Source: an uncultured Acidimicrobiales bacterium (GTDB lineage Bacteria; Actinomycetota; Acidimicrobiia; Acidimicrobiales; SZUA-35). From it: a stretch of 64,000 nt of DNA. A model generated the notes under the pieces. That model worked only from the letters and a program-made list of their open reading frames with translations, did no database searches and was not told the DNA's origin. Location: assembly GCA_937997485.1 (NCBI GenBank), contig CALKTH010000033.1:32438-96437 (forward strand), written 5' to 3'. Made by a program: the position numbers and the translations under genes. Positions 32,864 to 45,399 of the stretch are shown piece by piece; within the stretch, counting starts at the first letter, position 1; each line of letters opens with the position of its first letter.

Positions 32864-33574
32864 TCACTTGGTGATGAGGATGTCTCGGGCTTCGGTCAGC
32901 TCGGCAATGCGAGCCGCTGCCTCATCCGTTAGGCCACCGTGATCTGGGTGGGCATCGCGCAACAGAGTGCGGAACCGTCGTTGCACGGCCCGCTTGTTCG
33001 GGGCGTCGTCGCTGGTGCCCTCGATTTCGAGGATCTCCATGGCCCAGGAAAAAGGGTCGTTCCAGCTCTTTAGATCGTCAAGCGACGCAAGCCGTCCGCC
33101 CATGATCTCGCTGACGAACTGGCCGTCGACCGGCCGCCCCCACACCAAAGCGACGCGGATGGCTTCGAACACCGGCCCTCGTGCATGCTCCGGGAGTGAA
33201 CCGGCGGCATAGACAGCACCCAACGCCTGCTGCACCGCGCGGCCGTAGTCGTCGTCGAACTCGAACGAGAGGTTGTTGCCGTCGGCCAGCAGACGGTGGG
33301 TGCTGCGGAGCAACCCCACGCGATCGGCCTGGAAACGATGCTTCACTCGGGGCTGCGGAATGCGGAAGCCGTGGTCCAAATCATCGATGAGCCCAACCAG
33401 GCCCTCTCGCAGATCGGACTCCACGTTCGGAGCGGAATGCGCAACGATCCCGGCCAGGAGAAGGCCTCCGGCGCCGGGGGCGGGGTCGACAGGCAGGTCT
33501 CGTTCCCCGAGAGCAATCCGGCGGGTGGGTGCGATGGGACGAGAGTGGTGCACCACCAGTTCAGCCAAGATCAC
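32864..33574 (-). CDS. J-domain (DnaJ-like) protein, J-domain at C-terminus
   Basis: 236 aa with a GTG start. The C-terminal sequence KRAVQRRFRTLLRDAHPDHGGLTDEAAARIAELTEARDIL carries the HPD motif. The N-terminal 170 aa are unassigned. Confidence 0.7.
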   Translation of the reverse strand: MILAELVVHHSRPIAPTRRIALGERDLPVDPAPGAGGLLLAGIVAHSAPNVESDLREGLVGLIDDLDHGFRIPQPRVKHRFQADRVGLLRSTHRLLADGNNLSFEFDDDYGRAVQQALGAVYAAGSLPEHARGPVFEAIRVALVWGRPVDGQFVSEIMGGRLASLDDLKSWNDPFSWAMEILEIEGTSDDAPNKRAVQRRFRTLLRDAHPDHGGLTDEAAARIAELTEARDILITK

Positions 33575-33637
33575 TCAAGAAAGTTACCGGCCCTGCTGGC
33601 TCCCGCCTCAATCAGGTCGAGACGTTCAGATTCGACG

Positions 33638-33703
33638 GTGACCTTGGGGTCAGGCACCCACAGCAAGTGCTGCGCAGTGATGGTGGGGGTCAGGCACCCA
33701 CAG
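33638..33703. repeat. direct repeat: 18-bp GGGGTCAGGCACCCACAG x2, exactly 40 bp apart
   Basis: Copies sit at 33646-33663 and 33686-33703, each preceded by GTGA-N4/5. They lie between the ppk2 stop (33711) and the J-domain gene start (33574). Confidence 0.85.
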
Positions 33704-33710
33704 GGGAGGG

Positions 33711-34547
33711 TCAGTCGGGGATGGAGATGTTGAGGATGTCGGGATGGGCCGGGGGGAACTCCATCTGGAGTGACGCCAGTGTCTGCTTCACGATCTCCGA
33801 CACAGCGATGTTTCGATACCACTTCCGGTTGGCCGGAATGATGTACCACGGCGCCTGCTTGGTGCTGGTCTTGCTCAATGCGTCCTCAAACGCCTCCATG
33901 TAGTCATCCCACATCGAGCGCGCGTCGAGGTCGGCCGGCTCGAATTTCCAGTTCTTCTCGGGCTCATCGAGACGGGCTTGCAACCGTTCTTTCTGCTCGT
34001 CCTTGGAGATATGCAGGAAGATCTTGATGATCGTGGTGCCTTCGTCCGCCAGCATCTCTTCGAAGTCAACGATGTGGTCGTAGCGCTTGCTCCAGCGCTC
34101 CTTCGGCACCAGATCGAGCACCCGAACCACAAGAACATCCTCGTAGTGGCTGCGATTGAAAACCACGATCTCACCGTCGGCGGGCACGTGCGCGTGGACG
34201 CGCCACAGGTAGTCCCGTGCCAACTCGGGCTTGGTCGGCTTCTTGAACGACGGGATCTTGACGCCCTGCGGGTTCACACCCTCGAAGACCTTGCGGATGG
34301 TCCCGTCCTTGCCGCCGGCGTCCATGGCCTGGAGCACGACGAGAACTCGCTGCTTGCCCTCGGCGTACAGCAGCTCCTGCAGCGCTTCGATCTCTTCGTT
34401 GAGCTCGAGGAGGCGCGCATCAGCAGCGGCCCGATTGGCCGCCTTGTCATCGTCGGCCTTCCACTCTGGAGTGGACTTTGGATCGACCTCAGAAAGATCG
34501 ACCTTGGAACCGGGGCGGACGCGAAGAGCATCGATGTCGAAGGCCAT
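33711..34547 (-). CDS. ppk2: polyphosphate kinase 2 family protein
   Basis: 278 aa with the Walker-A-like motif LQAMDAGGKDGTI, the lid region and the conserved WYIIPAN motif. Confidence 0.9.
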   Translation of the reverse strand: MAFDIDALRVRPGSKVDLSEVDPKSTPEWKADDDKAANRAAADARLLELNEEIEALQELLYAEGKQRVLVVLQAMDAGGKDGTIRKVFEGVNPQGVKIPSFKKPTKPELARDYLWRVHAHVPADGEIVVFNRSHYEDVLVVRVLDLVPKERWSKRYDHIVDFEEMLADEGTTIIKIFLHISKDEQKERLQARLDEPEKNWKFEPADLDARSMWDDYMEAFEDALSKTSTKQAPWYIIPANRKWYRNIAVSEIVKQTLASLQMEFPPAHPDILNISIPD

Positions 34548-34601
34548 GACCGCAGATCATGGCAGACGCGACGCGGCCAGGCGCTGTTCGCCAGAAGCGC
34601 G

Positions 34602-35591
34602 CTACGGAGCGATGGTGTGGAGCTTCTCCAACGAGTGGTCGGCCTCGATCATTCGCACGGTGCCGGAGCGGCTCCGCATCACGAGTGACTGGGTGAACAC
34701 GCGATTGCGACGATAGGTGACGCCCCGCAGGAGATCACCGGTGCTGATGCCGGTCGCGGCGAAGAAACAGTCGTCAGAAGACACCAGGTCGTCCATCGTG
34801 AGGATCTGTTCGAAATCGAACCCCTGGGCCTCAGCGGTCGTTCGTTCTTCCTCATCTCGGGCGTAGAGCCGACCCTGCAGATCGCCACCCATGCACTTGA
34901 GCGCGGCCGCGGTGATGACACCTTCTGGGGTACCGCCGACGCCGAACAAGATGTCCACACCGGATCCGGGGGTGGCCGTGGCAATGGCACCGGCGACATC
35001 GCCATCACGGATCAGTCGGATGCGGGCGCCCGCAGACCGGATCTCGCCAATGAGCTCGGCGTGGCGCGGGCGGTCGAGCACGACTGCGGTCAGGTCTTGG
35101 ACCGACACGCCTTTGGCTTTGGCCAGTGCGGTCAGGTTTCGGTCGACGGGGAGTCGGATGTCGACAATGCCAGCACCGTCGGGCCCGACAGCGAGCTTGT
35201 CCATGTACACGACGTCGCCGGGGTTGAACATCGAACCACGCTCGGCCACAGCGATCACCGCGATGGCGCCACCCTGGCCATTTGCCGTCAGCGTCGTTCC
35301 ATCAACGGGGTCGACGGCAATGTCGGTCAGCGGCCCACGGCCGTTGCCGATCTGCTCGCCGTTGTAGAGCATGGGGGCTTCGTCCTTCTCGCCCTCACCA
35401 ATGACGACGACACCGTCCATCTCCACCCCGTCGAGCACGCCTCGCATGCCATCGACCGCTGCTTGGTCTGCTCCGTTCTTGTCACCACGTCCGAGCCAAC
35501 GAGCGGCGGCCAGCGCCGCTGCTTCGGTGGTCCGCACCAGATCGAGTGCAAGGTTTCGGTCCGGCCGGACCCGTTCGGAGACTGTCATCAA
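34602..35591 (-). CDS. glpX: class II fructose-1,6-bisphosphatase
   Basis: 329 aa, full-length GlpX pattern (VIGEGEKDEAPMLY, AVDPVDGTT, GVGGTPEGV). Confidence 0.95.
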   Translation of the reverse strand: MMTVSERVRPDRNLALDLVRTTEAAALAAARWLGRGDKNGADQAAVDGMRGVLDGVEMDGVVVIGEGEKDEAPMLYNGEQIGNGRGPLTDIAVDPVDGTTLTANGQGGAIAVIAVAERGSMFNPGDVVYMDKLAVGPDGAGIVDIRLPVDRNLTALAKAKGVSVQDLTAVVLDRPRHAELIGEIRSAGARIRLIRDGDVAGAIATATPGSGVDILFGVGGTPEGVITAAALKCMGGDLQGRLYARDEEERTTAEAQGFDFEQILTMDDLVSSDDCFFAATGISTGDLLRGVTYRRNRVFTQSLVMRSRSGTVRMIEADHSLEKLHTIAP

Positions 35592-35711
35592 TTGCCCATC
35601 TGTTCCGCGACACGCCCTCGTCGACGTGCAGCACCATTCAACTCCATCTTCGGAGCTACGTCGTTTTGATCGGCCGACAGCGCCGATCTTTGAAGCGATG
35701 ACCGTCCCAGG

Positions 35712-36905
35712 TCAGCTGCATGGTCCGAGTGTGCCCTCGAGCGCATCGGCCCAGGCCGCTCCAAGGCGAGCCCCGCCGGCGTCGTTGGGGTGCACGTCGT
35801 CATCGCTGTGCACCGCCAGATCGAAGCCAGTGAAGTGATCAACCATCACCACCGGTGACCGCCGATCTGATAGTGCCGGGAGGCGAGTCGCCAGCAACGC
35901 GTTGAACGCTTCCACTTCTACCGTCGCTCCGCCGAGCGGAATGATCTCGGCCACGAACACGGTCACGCCAGGCCGACTGACCTGAATGGTCCGCACCATT
36001 TCTTCCATGCGGTCAGCTGCCTCGGCTGGGGCGATCCCCCCGCCGAGGTCATTCGTACCTGCGTGCAGCAAAACGATGCTGGGGTTGGCAGCCTGGACGA
36101 TGTCCGGAGACAGCTCCAACAACTGTGGCGTACTGAATCCCTCGTAACCATCGTGGTCGGCATCCCCGACCTCGTCGGCGAATCGATTGCGAGTTCCCAC
36201 CATGTCGAAGGGGCACCCCCGCTCGGTCAGCTGATCGACCAGTGCCGCTCGCGTCTGCGGCGCTTCGGTGATGGAGTCGCCGATCATCTGAATTCTGGCG
36301 GTCCCGGCCCAGGGCCCCGCTGTCGGGACTGCGGGTGACGGCGTCTCGTCGCTGCTCGTTCCGTCGCTCGGCAGCGAGGCATCTTCGGTCTCGCCGCTGT
36401 CTTCCGTACCCACCACCGCAACCGAGTCGGCGATGCCGTCGTCGCCTTCAGCGCTGTCGTCGGCCGAGGCCAAGACCGGAGCGCCAACCGTCGCCGTGCT
36501 GCCGCCCTGCACCGAGGAGACCATCAGCACGGCCAGGGCTCCCAGAGCGACCGTGCCGATGAGGACTGCGGCGGCGAACGGAAGGAAGCCCTTGGGCGGT
36601 GGTTCGTACGCTTCGTCGGCCAGCGCAGTGACGTCGTAGGCATCGAGGGCGTCCGCCTCGCCGGTCAGAACGGCGGGAGCTGAGACCTCGCTCCAATCAA
36701 CGGTCGCCACATCATCGGCCTCGACGGCAGTGGTGTCGATCTCGCTGCTCTCGATTGGGGAGTTCTCGAGTTCGGCGTTCTCGAGTGCGCTGCTCTGATC
36801 TACAGCCAGCTCAGGAGCGAGGGCCGGCAGGGTTCGGGGCGCGGGCGCGTCGGCGGGATCGTTCGTGTACCAGGATTCCGGATCGGTCCGCTCGGGCGAT
36901 TCCAT
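35712..36905 (-). CDS. SGNH/GDSL hydrolase with N-terminal acidic region and TM anchor
   Basis: 397 aa with block I IGDSIT, block III HAGTNDL and block V DDVHPN. It has an acidic disordered N-terminus and one TM (FAAAVLIGTVALGALAVLMV). Confidence 0.75.
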   Translation of the reverse strand: MESPERTDPESWYTNDPADAPAPRTLPALAPELAVDQSSALENAELENSPIESSEIDTTAVEADDVATVDWSEVSAPAVLTGEADALDAYDVTALADEAYEPPPKGFLPFAAAVLIGTVALGALAVLMVSSVQGGSTATVGAPVLASADDSAEGDDGIADSVAVVGTEDSGETEDASLPSDGTSSDETPSPAVPTAGPWAGTARIQMIGDSITEAPQTRAALVDQLTERGCPFDMVGTRNRFADEVGDADHDGYEGFSTPQLLELSPDIVQAANPSIVLLHAGTNDLGGGIAPAEAADRMEEMVRTIQVSRPGVTVFVAEIIPLGGATVEVEAFNALLATRLPALSDRRSPVVMVDHFTGFDLAVHSDDDVHPNDAGGARLGAAWADALEGTLGPCS

Positions 36906-36927
36906 CGGGTCGAGGGTAGGCGGACGC

Positions 36928-36965
36928 GACAGCGCTGCGTGATCAGGCGATCACACAGCGCTGTC
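36928..36965 (-). terminator. 17-bp-arm hairpin after atpC (terminator or operator candidate)
   Basis: GACAGCGCTGCGTGATC-AGGC-GATCACACAGCGCTGTC (one mismatch). It lies 42 nt downstream of the atpC stop and 23-60 nt upstream of the SGNH hydrolase start. No U-tract. Confidence 0.4.
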
Positions 36966-37006
36966 AATTCGTTGAGTTTTGGTCCGGCGGTTGCCCGCCC
37001 GACGGA

Positions 37007-37407
37007 TCAGGCGTCGGCGCCAGTGGCCAGACGTAGCCGCAGTTCGGCCCACTTCTGGTCTTCGAGCGCAAAGGCGTTGTGCTCATCGGAGCGCAATGCC
37101 TCTTCCGCCACAGCGAGGTCGGCTTGCGCCGCGGCCGTATCGATATCGGTCGACGGCACGGCCAGATCGCTCAATACGGTGACCTTCTCGCCGGTGACCG
37201 AGACGAAGCCGCTGCGAACAGCAAACGAACGGGTCTCACCCGCAGCTTCGGTCACACGCACTTCCGAGACCTGCAGGCTGCCGATGAACGGCTCGTGGCC
37301 TGCGAGGAAGGCGATCTCGCCGCCCCCCCGGGTACGGGCCACAACCTGGGTTCCCTCGCCCGAGTAGAGCGAGGTCTCCGGCGAGACGAATTCGACGGCG
37401 AAGGCCA

Positions 37408-37408
<1 letters not shown>
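37007..37408 (-). CDS. atpC: F1 ATP synthase subunit epsilon
   Basis: 133 aa in position after atpD, with beta-sandwich plus helical hairpin pattern. Its start overlaps the atpD stop by 1 nt. Confidence 0.9.
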
Positions 37409-38928
<1,520 letters not shown>

Positions 38929-39879
38929 TCAGATGGCGTCTGCCAGATCGAAGTCGTACGGCGTCGGCTTGGTGTCGTCGCCCTTGCCGGCCGCAAGCGA
39001 CTCGGCGCCACCGACGATCTCCATGATCTCGGTGGTGATGGACTCCTGGCGAGCCCGGTTCATGATGCGGGAGAGCTTGATGATCAGCTCTTCTGCGTTG
39101 TCGGTCGCGGCCTTCATGGCGCGCTGCCGGTTTGCGTGCTCAGACGCCGCTGCGTCGAGCAGGGCGGCGAAGAGGCGAGCTTCGACGTAGCGAGGCAGCA
39201 GGTCTTCGAGCACACCCTCGGGAGAAGGCTCGAAGCTGAAACCGGCGAGGGCTTCGGCATCGCCGCCGCCAGCCTCGGCCATGGTCTTGGTGTCCTCGAG
39301 CGGGAGGAACCGCCGGACCACGGGGCGCTGGGTGCCCATCGAAATGAACTCGGTGTAGATCAGTTCGACCTGATCGACCTCGCCCGAGTCGAACAGTTCA
39401 CGGACCGCACGGGCGATCTCACGAGCGTTCTCGTAGGTGGGATTGTCGGTGAAGCCTTCGAACGTGGCGTGCAAGGCGAAGCCGCGGAACTCGAAATACT
39501 CGCGCACCTTCTTGCCGACGGAGATGATCTTGTAGTCGCCACCCTCGGCTCGCAGGGCTTGGATCTCGCGCTCGGCGGCGCGAATGACCGAAGAGTTGTA
39601 GGCGCCAGCCAGTCCGCGGTCGCCAGCGCAGACCACGAAGGCCACGTTCTCGACCTTCTCGACCTGACGAAGCAACGGATGGTTGACGTCCGCGCCACCA
39701 GCGGCGAGGGACTCGATGACACCGGTGAGCTGCTCGGAGTACGGACGAGCCGCCCGAGCACGGGTCTGTGCACGCGCCACACGAGTGGCGGCGATCAGCT
39801 CCATGGCACGGGTGATCTTCTTCGTATTCTTGACGCTGCCGATACGGCGCTTCAGGATTCGTTCAGCTCCACCTGGCAT
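38929..39879 (-). CDS. atpG: F1 ATP synthase subunit gamma
   Basis: 316 aa with the N-terminal IKRRIGSVKNTKKITRAMELIA and C-terminal ITTEIMEIVGGAE gamma signatures. Confidence 0.95.
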   Translation of the reverse strand: MPGGAERILKRRIGSVKNTKKITRAMELIAATRVARAQTRARAARPYSEQLTGVIESLAAGGADVNHPLLRQVEKVENVAFVVCAGDRGLAGAYNSSVIRAAEREIQALRAEGGDYKIISVGKKVREYFEFRGFALHATFEGFTDNPTYENAREIARAVRELFDSGEVDQVELIYTEFISMGTQRPVVRRFLPLEDTKTMAEAGGGDAEALAGFSFEPSPEGVLEDLLPRYVEARLFAALLDAAASEHANRQRAMKAATDNAEELIIKLSRIMNRARQESITTEIMEIVGGAESLAAGKGDDTKPTPYDFDLADAI

Positions 39880-39882
39880 GAA

Positions 39883-41502
<1,620 letters not shown>

Positions 41503-41510
41503 GGGAGCTC

Positions 41511-42035
41511 CTAGAGGGCTTCGCGCATCTGGGTGAGTCGGGTACGGAGTGAGCCGTCAATGACGGTGTCGCCGATGGTGGTGACCGCACCACCCACGAC
41601 GGAGGGATCGACGATCATCTCGAGTTCGACGTCGACGCCAGTCTTTTGCTTCAGAGCCGCAGCGAGGCGGTTCTGCTGATCGGCAGTGAGCGCCACGGCC
41701 GATCGAACTGTGGCGACGGACTTGCCGTCGGCCGCAGCTGAGAGGTTGAGGAACGATCCGACGATGTCGCCGAGCTGACCACCGCGGCCGGCGGCAACGA
41801 TCATGCCGACAAGCGCCCGAACGGTGTTCGAGGTCTTGTTCGCCAGAACATCGTCGACGATCTGACCCCGAACAGCGGCGGGGATCAGGTTGTCGGACAG
41901 CGTCGAGCTGAGCTCGCTGTTGTCCGCTACGGCGCGAGCGACGTCAGCGAGTTGGGACTTCGTGGTGGCGAGGTCACCTTCGGCGCGGGCCACAGCCAAA
42001 AGGGCTTCGGCATAGCCAGCGTTTGCATCTGCCAT
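41511..42035 (-). CDS. atpH: F1 ATP synthase subunit delta (OSCP)
   Basis: 174 aa with the OSCP-type C-terminus [26 protein letters not shown]. Confidence 0.9.
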   Translation of the reverse strand: MADANAGYAEALLAVARAEGDLATTKSQLADVARAVADNSELSSTLSDNLIPAAVRGQIVDDVLANKTSNTVRALVGMIVAAGRGGQLGDIVGSFLNLSAAADGKSVATVRSAVALTADQQNRLAAALKQKTGVDVELEMIVDPSVVGGAVTTIGDTVIDGSLRTRLTQMREAL

Positions 42036-42092
42036 CGGGGTTTCTCCGGATCGTGGTTCGTTCGTGGGTGAATCAGGCGGGCTGAGCCGGGC

Positions 42093-42617
42093 TCAGCTGC
42101 CGACCTGATTGATGTAGGTGTCGATGAGCTCGGAGTGAGCGGTGTCGTCGAGCGACTCGTTCACCACGGCTTCGGCGGCGTCTCGGGTGAGGCCAGCAAC
42201 GTCGGATCGAAGATCCGCCAGAGCCTGACGCTTCATGTTCTCGACGTCGGCATTGGCTCGAGCCTTGAGGGCTTCCGCATCTGCGTTCGCCTTGTTGACG
42301 AGGTCGACCTTCAGGCGTTCAGCGGTCTCGCTTGCTTCGGCCCGGATGCGACTCTCTTCAGCAGAGATGTCAGGCAGCTCGGCTTGCGACGCCGACAGCG
42401 ACGCTTCAGCTTCGCTGCGCTCTGCCTTGGCAGACTCGAGCTCATTGCGAATGCGCTCGGTGCGGCCGTTGATCATTCCCTTGATGGCCGGTCCGGCCTT
42501 CCAAGCGATGAGAGCGACGAGCACGAAGAACGCCAGGGAGCCCCAGATGACCTCGTTGATGTCCGCCGCGATCTGACGGCCGTTCGGGCCTTCAGCAGCG
42601 AAGATCGAGAACAACAT
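42093..42617 (-). CDS. atpF: Fo ATP synthase subunit b
   Basis: 174 aa with a single N-terminal TM (IWGSLAFFVLVALIAW) and a long Ala/Glu/Arg-rich helix. Confidence 0.85.
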   Translation of the reverse strand: MLFSIFAAEGPNGRQIAADINEVIWGSLAFFVLVALIAWKAGPAIKGMINGRTERIRNELESAKAERSEAEASLSASQAELPDISAEESRIRAEASETAERLKVDLVNKANADAEALKARANADVENMKRQALADLRSDVAGLTRDAAEAVVNESLDDTAHSELIDTYINQVGS

Positions 42618-42626
42618 GGTGTGACC

Positions 42627-43157
42627 TCAGTTCGGGTTCGACAGGTAACGATCGACCACCGGCTGCGCCGATGCCAGATCGATAGGACGGTTCATGACAC
42701 GAGACGCAGCGTCCGCTGCCAGCTCTGCGACCGATGCCGTAGCGCCGGACATCGCTTCGGCACGGGCCGTTTCGATCTCTGCCTCGGCGGCGGAGCGAAT
42801 GCTCGCCGCTTCTGCTTCAGCAGCACCGATGATGGTGGCTCGTTCGGCTTCAGCCTCGGCACGAGCAGCATCGACGACGGCTGCAGCCTCAGCCTTGACA
42901 CCAGCGAGTTGGTCATCGACCTCGGTCGCTGCTGAACCGGCCTGAGAGCGTGCACGCTCGGCCGCATCCAGATCGCCACGGATCTGAGAGGCGCGAGCCT
43001 CTCGTGTGGCCTGGACCGGGGGAAGCAGCACGAACTTCACGAGCACGAACAACAGCCCAAACGCAATGGCGCCGTAGAACATCTCGTTCAGTGTGGGCAG
43101 GATTGGATTCGCTGCCTCTTCGGCTTCTGCTGCGAACAGCAGGACGGAGCTTCCCAT
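42627..43157 (-). CDS. Fo ATP synthase subunit b' (second b-type stator subunit)
   Basis: 176 aa with the same architecture as atpF (TM FYGAIAFGLLFVLVKFVLL plus an Ala/Glu-rich helix). It sits directly upstream of atpF. Confidence 0.8.
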   Translation of the reverse strand: MGSSVLLFAAEAEEAANPILPTLNEMFYGAIAFGLLFVLVKFVLLPPVQATREARASQIRGDLDAAERARSQAGSAATEVDDQLAGVKAEAAAVVDAARAEAEAERATIIGAAEAEAASIRSAAEAEIETARAEAMSGATASVAELAADAASRVMNRPIDLASAQPVVDRYLSNPN

Positions 43158-43162
43158 CGGGA

Positions 43163-43474
<312 letters not shown>

Positions 43475-43591
43475 CTAGGTGAGAGCCCCGACATCTGAGG
43501 GGCTTTGGTTTCTGCCCGAAGGCGAGATCTTGTGTGGACGGGTAGTGCGGGTGACCGCTCAGGCGAGCAGTCGGTCATGCAGGAACGAGGA

Positions 43592-44386
43592 TCAGTGGTG
43601 CGGGTGCAGCGAGAGTGAGATGTACACCGCTGTGAGCAGGCTGAACACGAAGGCCTGGATCAGCGAGACCATGACCTCGAAGCCGGTGAGGCCGACGAGG
43701 GTGGCGAAGCTGAAGGGAAGAACGATGACCAGCGGGCTGGCCTGCCAGAGGGCGATACAGAGCACGCCGAAGGTGACGAGCAGGATGTGGCCAGCGAGCA
43801 TGTTGGCGAAGAGACGAACGGCCAGGCCGAAGGGGCGAAGCAGGAAGGTCGAGAGGAACTCGATGGGCGTCACCAGGATGTAGAGCGCTTTCGGCACACC
43901 GGGCGGGAAGAGCGACGACTTCATGAAGCCGCCGAAGCCCTGCGCCTTGATACCAACACCGATGAAGGTGGCCCAAGCGACCAGGGCGAGAATGACGGGG
44001 TTGGCCATACGAGCGTTGGCCGGCATCTGGAAGGTCGGGATGACCTCGAAGATGTTGCCCCAGAAGACGAACATGAAGATGGTGAGCAACAGCGGGAGAT
44101 ACTTCTTGCCCTCGGCGCCGATGGCGGACATGACCACCTGGTCTTCAACGAACTCGACCGTGCTCTCCACGATGTTCTGGAGGCCGGCAGGCACCATGTC
44201 CTTCTTGGCCAGAAGGAACATCACGGTGGGGATGAGCATGGCCAGCATGCTGATCAGGCCGATCTTGTTGAATTCAAAGATCGTTCCCTCACCGAAGTAG
44301 GGGGCCCACTCGACGAGGTTGCCAATCGACGGGAATACGAGTCCCCCGCCGCCTTCTCCTGCTTCTGCTGCAAACAGTGTGAACAC
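43592..44386 (-). CDS. atpB: Fo ATP synthase subunit a
   Basis: 264 aa with the conserved LAVRLFANMLAGH motif (essential Arg). Confidence 0.95.
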   Translation of the reverse strand: MFTLFAAEAGEGGGGLVFPSIGNLVEWAPYFGEGTIFEFNKIGLISMLAMLIPTVMFLLAKKDMVPAGLQNIVESTVEFVEDQVVMSAIGAEGKKYLPLLLTIFMFVFWGNIFEVIPTFQMPANARMANPVILALVAWATFIGVGIKAQGFGGFMKSSLFPPGVPKALYILVTPIEFLSTFLLRPFGLAVRLFANMLAGHILLVTFGVLCIALWQASPLVIVLPFSFATLVGLTGFEVMVSLIQAFVFSLLTAVYISLSLHPHH

Positions 44387-44419
44387 TTTGCTCCCAGTTG
44401 CTTCCGTGATTGGTGGTGA

Positions 44420-44896
44420 TTACCGACGGCCGGCGGCAACGGGCCGCGGACCTTTTCGAGACTGCTTTGGCTTCAAACCCGGGTGGGCCATTGATGCCGA
44501 GACATGACGCAACTCCCACGCGAGCAAACCAAGGTGGGTGATGATGATCGTGATGCCCAGGGGGACGATAGCGACCCAAGACATGTCCTTCACAAGCCAG
44601 AAGGCCACAAAGATCAATCCGAGCCGCATTGCATAGCCGCCGAGGGCCGCAGAAGCGACCATCGCGAACGAGATCTTCGACGCCCAGTTCAGCAGCGCTG
44701 CCGACAAAAGCAGGTTGACGATCACGAGCGCCATGCCAAAAGCGACCGAAAGAGCGCCAGGCAGTTCAGCGAAGATGGCACCGATGATCATGCCGACGGG
44801 CAAGACGGGAAGGCCGCGCTTGGCGATGTCGAGCGCGACTTCGGCCGCAGGCGACGGGCCTTCCAGGCGATCGACGGGAGGCGAGGTCTCAGACAT
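44420..44896 (-). CDS. atpI: ATP synthase protein I-like membrane protein
   Basis: 158 aa with 4 hydrophobic helices, immediately upstream of atpB as in actinobacterial atp operons. Confidence 0.65.
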   Translation of the reverse strand: MSETSPPVDRLEGPSPAAEVALDIAKRGLPVLPVGMIIGAIFAELPGALSVAFGMALVIVNLLLSAALLNWASKISFAMVASAALGGYAMRLGLIFVAFWLVKDMSWVAIVPLGITIIITHLGLLAWELRHVSASMAHPGLKPKQSRKGPRPVAAGRR

Positions 44897-45240
44897 CAGC
44901 GTCCCCCATTCGAGCCGGCACCGTTCGATCGAGCGGTGGCCCTGAGCGCCGCTGTCTCTTCCTGCAACACCGAGATCTGATGCCGGTAGCGGTAGTAGAT
45001 CGAAGTGGCTGCACCGACGAAGCCCAAGAGCGTGAAGCCCAAGAAGAAGATTGGGACGGTGCCCAGACGACGGTCGATGAAGAAACCAACGAGTCCCAGC
45101 GCAACGGCGCTGAGGACGAGCTCGTACGAGCCATTGCCCTGCCGCATGGCCTTGGAGGTCAGCGAATCCGCTACTGGCGCATCTTCAGTTGCGTGCTCAG
45201 CGAGGTCGGTCGGACCGGGCTGGGATGCGTCTGCGCTCAA
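44896..45240 (-). CDS. AtpZ/AtpI-family small membrane protein
   Basis: 114 aa with a TTG start and SD GGAGAG 8 nt upstream. It has two TMs (LVLSAVALGLVGFFIDRRLGTVPIFFLGFTLLGFVGA) typical of AtpZ. Confidence 0.65.
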   Translation of the reverse strand: MSADASQPGPTDLAEHATEDAPVADSLTSKAMRQGNGSYELVLSAVALGLVGFFIDRRLGTVPIFFLGFTLLGFVGAATSIYYRYRHQISVLQEETAALRATARSNGAGSNGGR

Positions 45241-45287
45241 GGTGAAGGCTCTCCGGGCGTGCCAGGCGGCTCTGCCCAGCGGGCGAA

Positions 45288-45316
45288 ACGATATTCTCGC
45301 CGGTGACCGGATACAA
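45288..45316 (-). promoter_or_regulatory. candidate sigma-A-type promoter of the atp operon
   Basis: Minus-strand TTGTAT-N17-TATCGT (TANNNT) lies ~50-75 nt upstream of the atpZ start. The spacer contains the palindrome CCGGTCACCGG. Confidence 0.3.
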
Positions 45317-45399
45317 CCCGGACCGCGTGGTACGGATCACCCATCACGTCATTGCGTCCGTCCGCAACGCCGTGTTCCTCGTCCATCGTCTCGAGAGAG

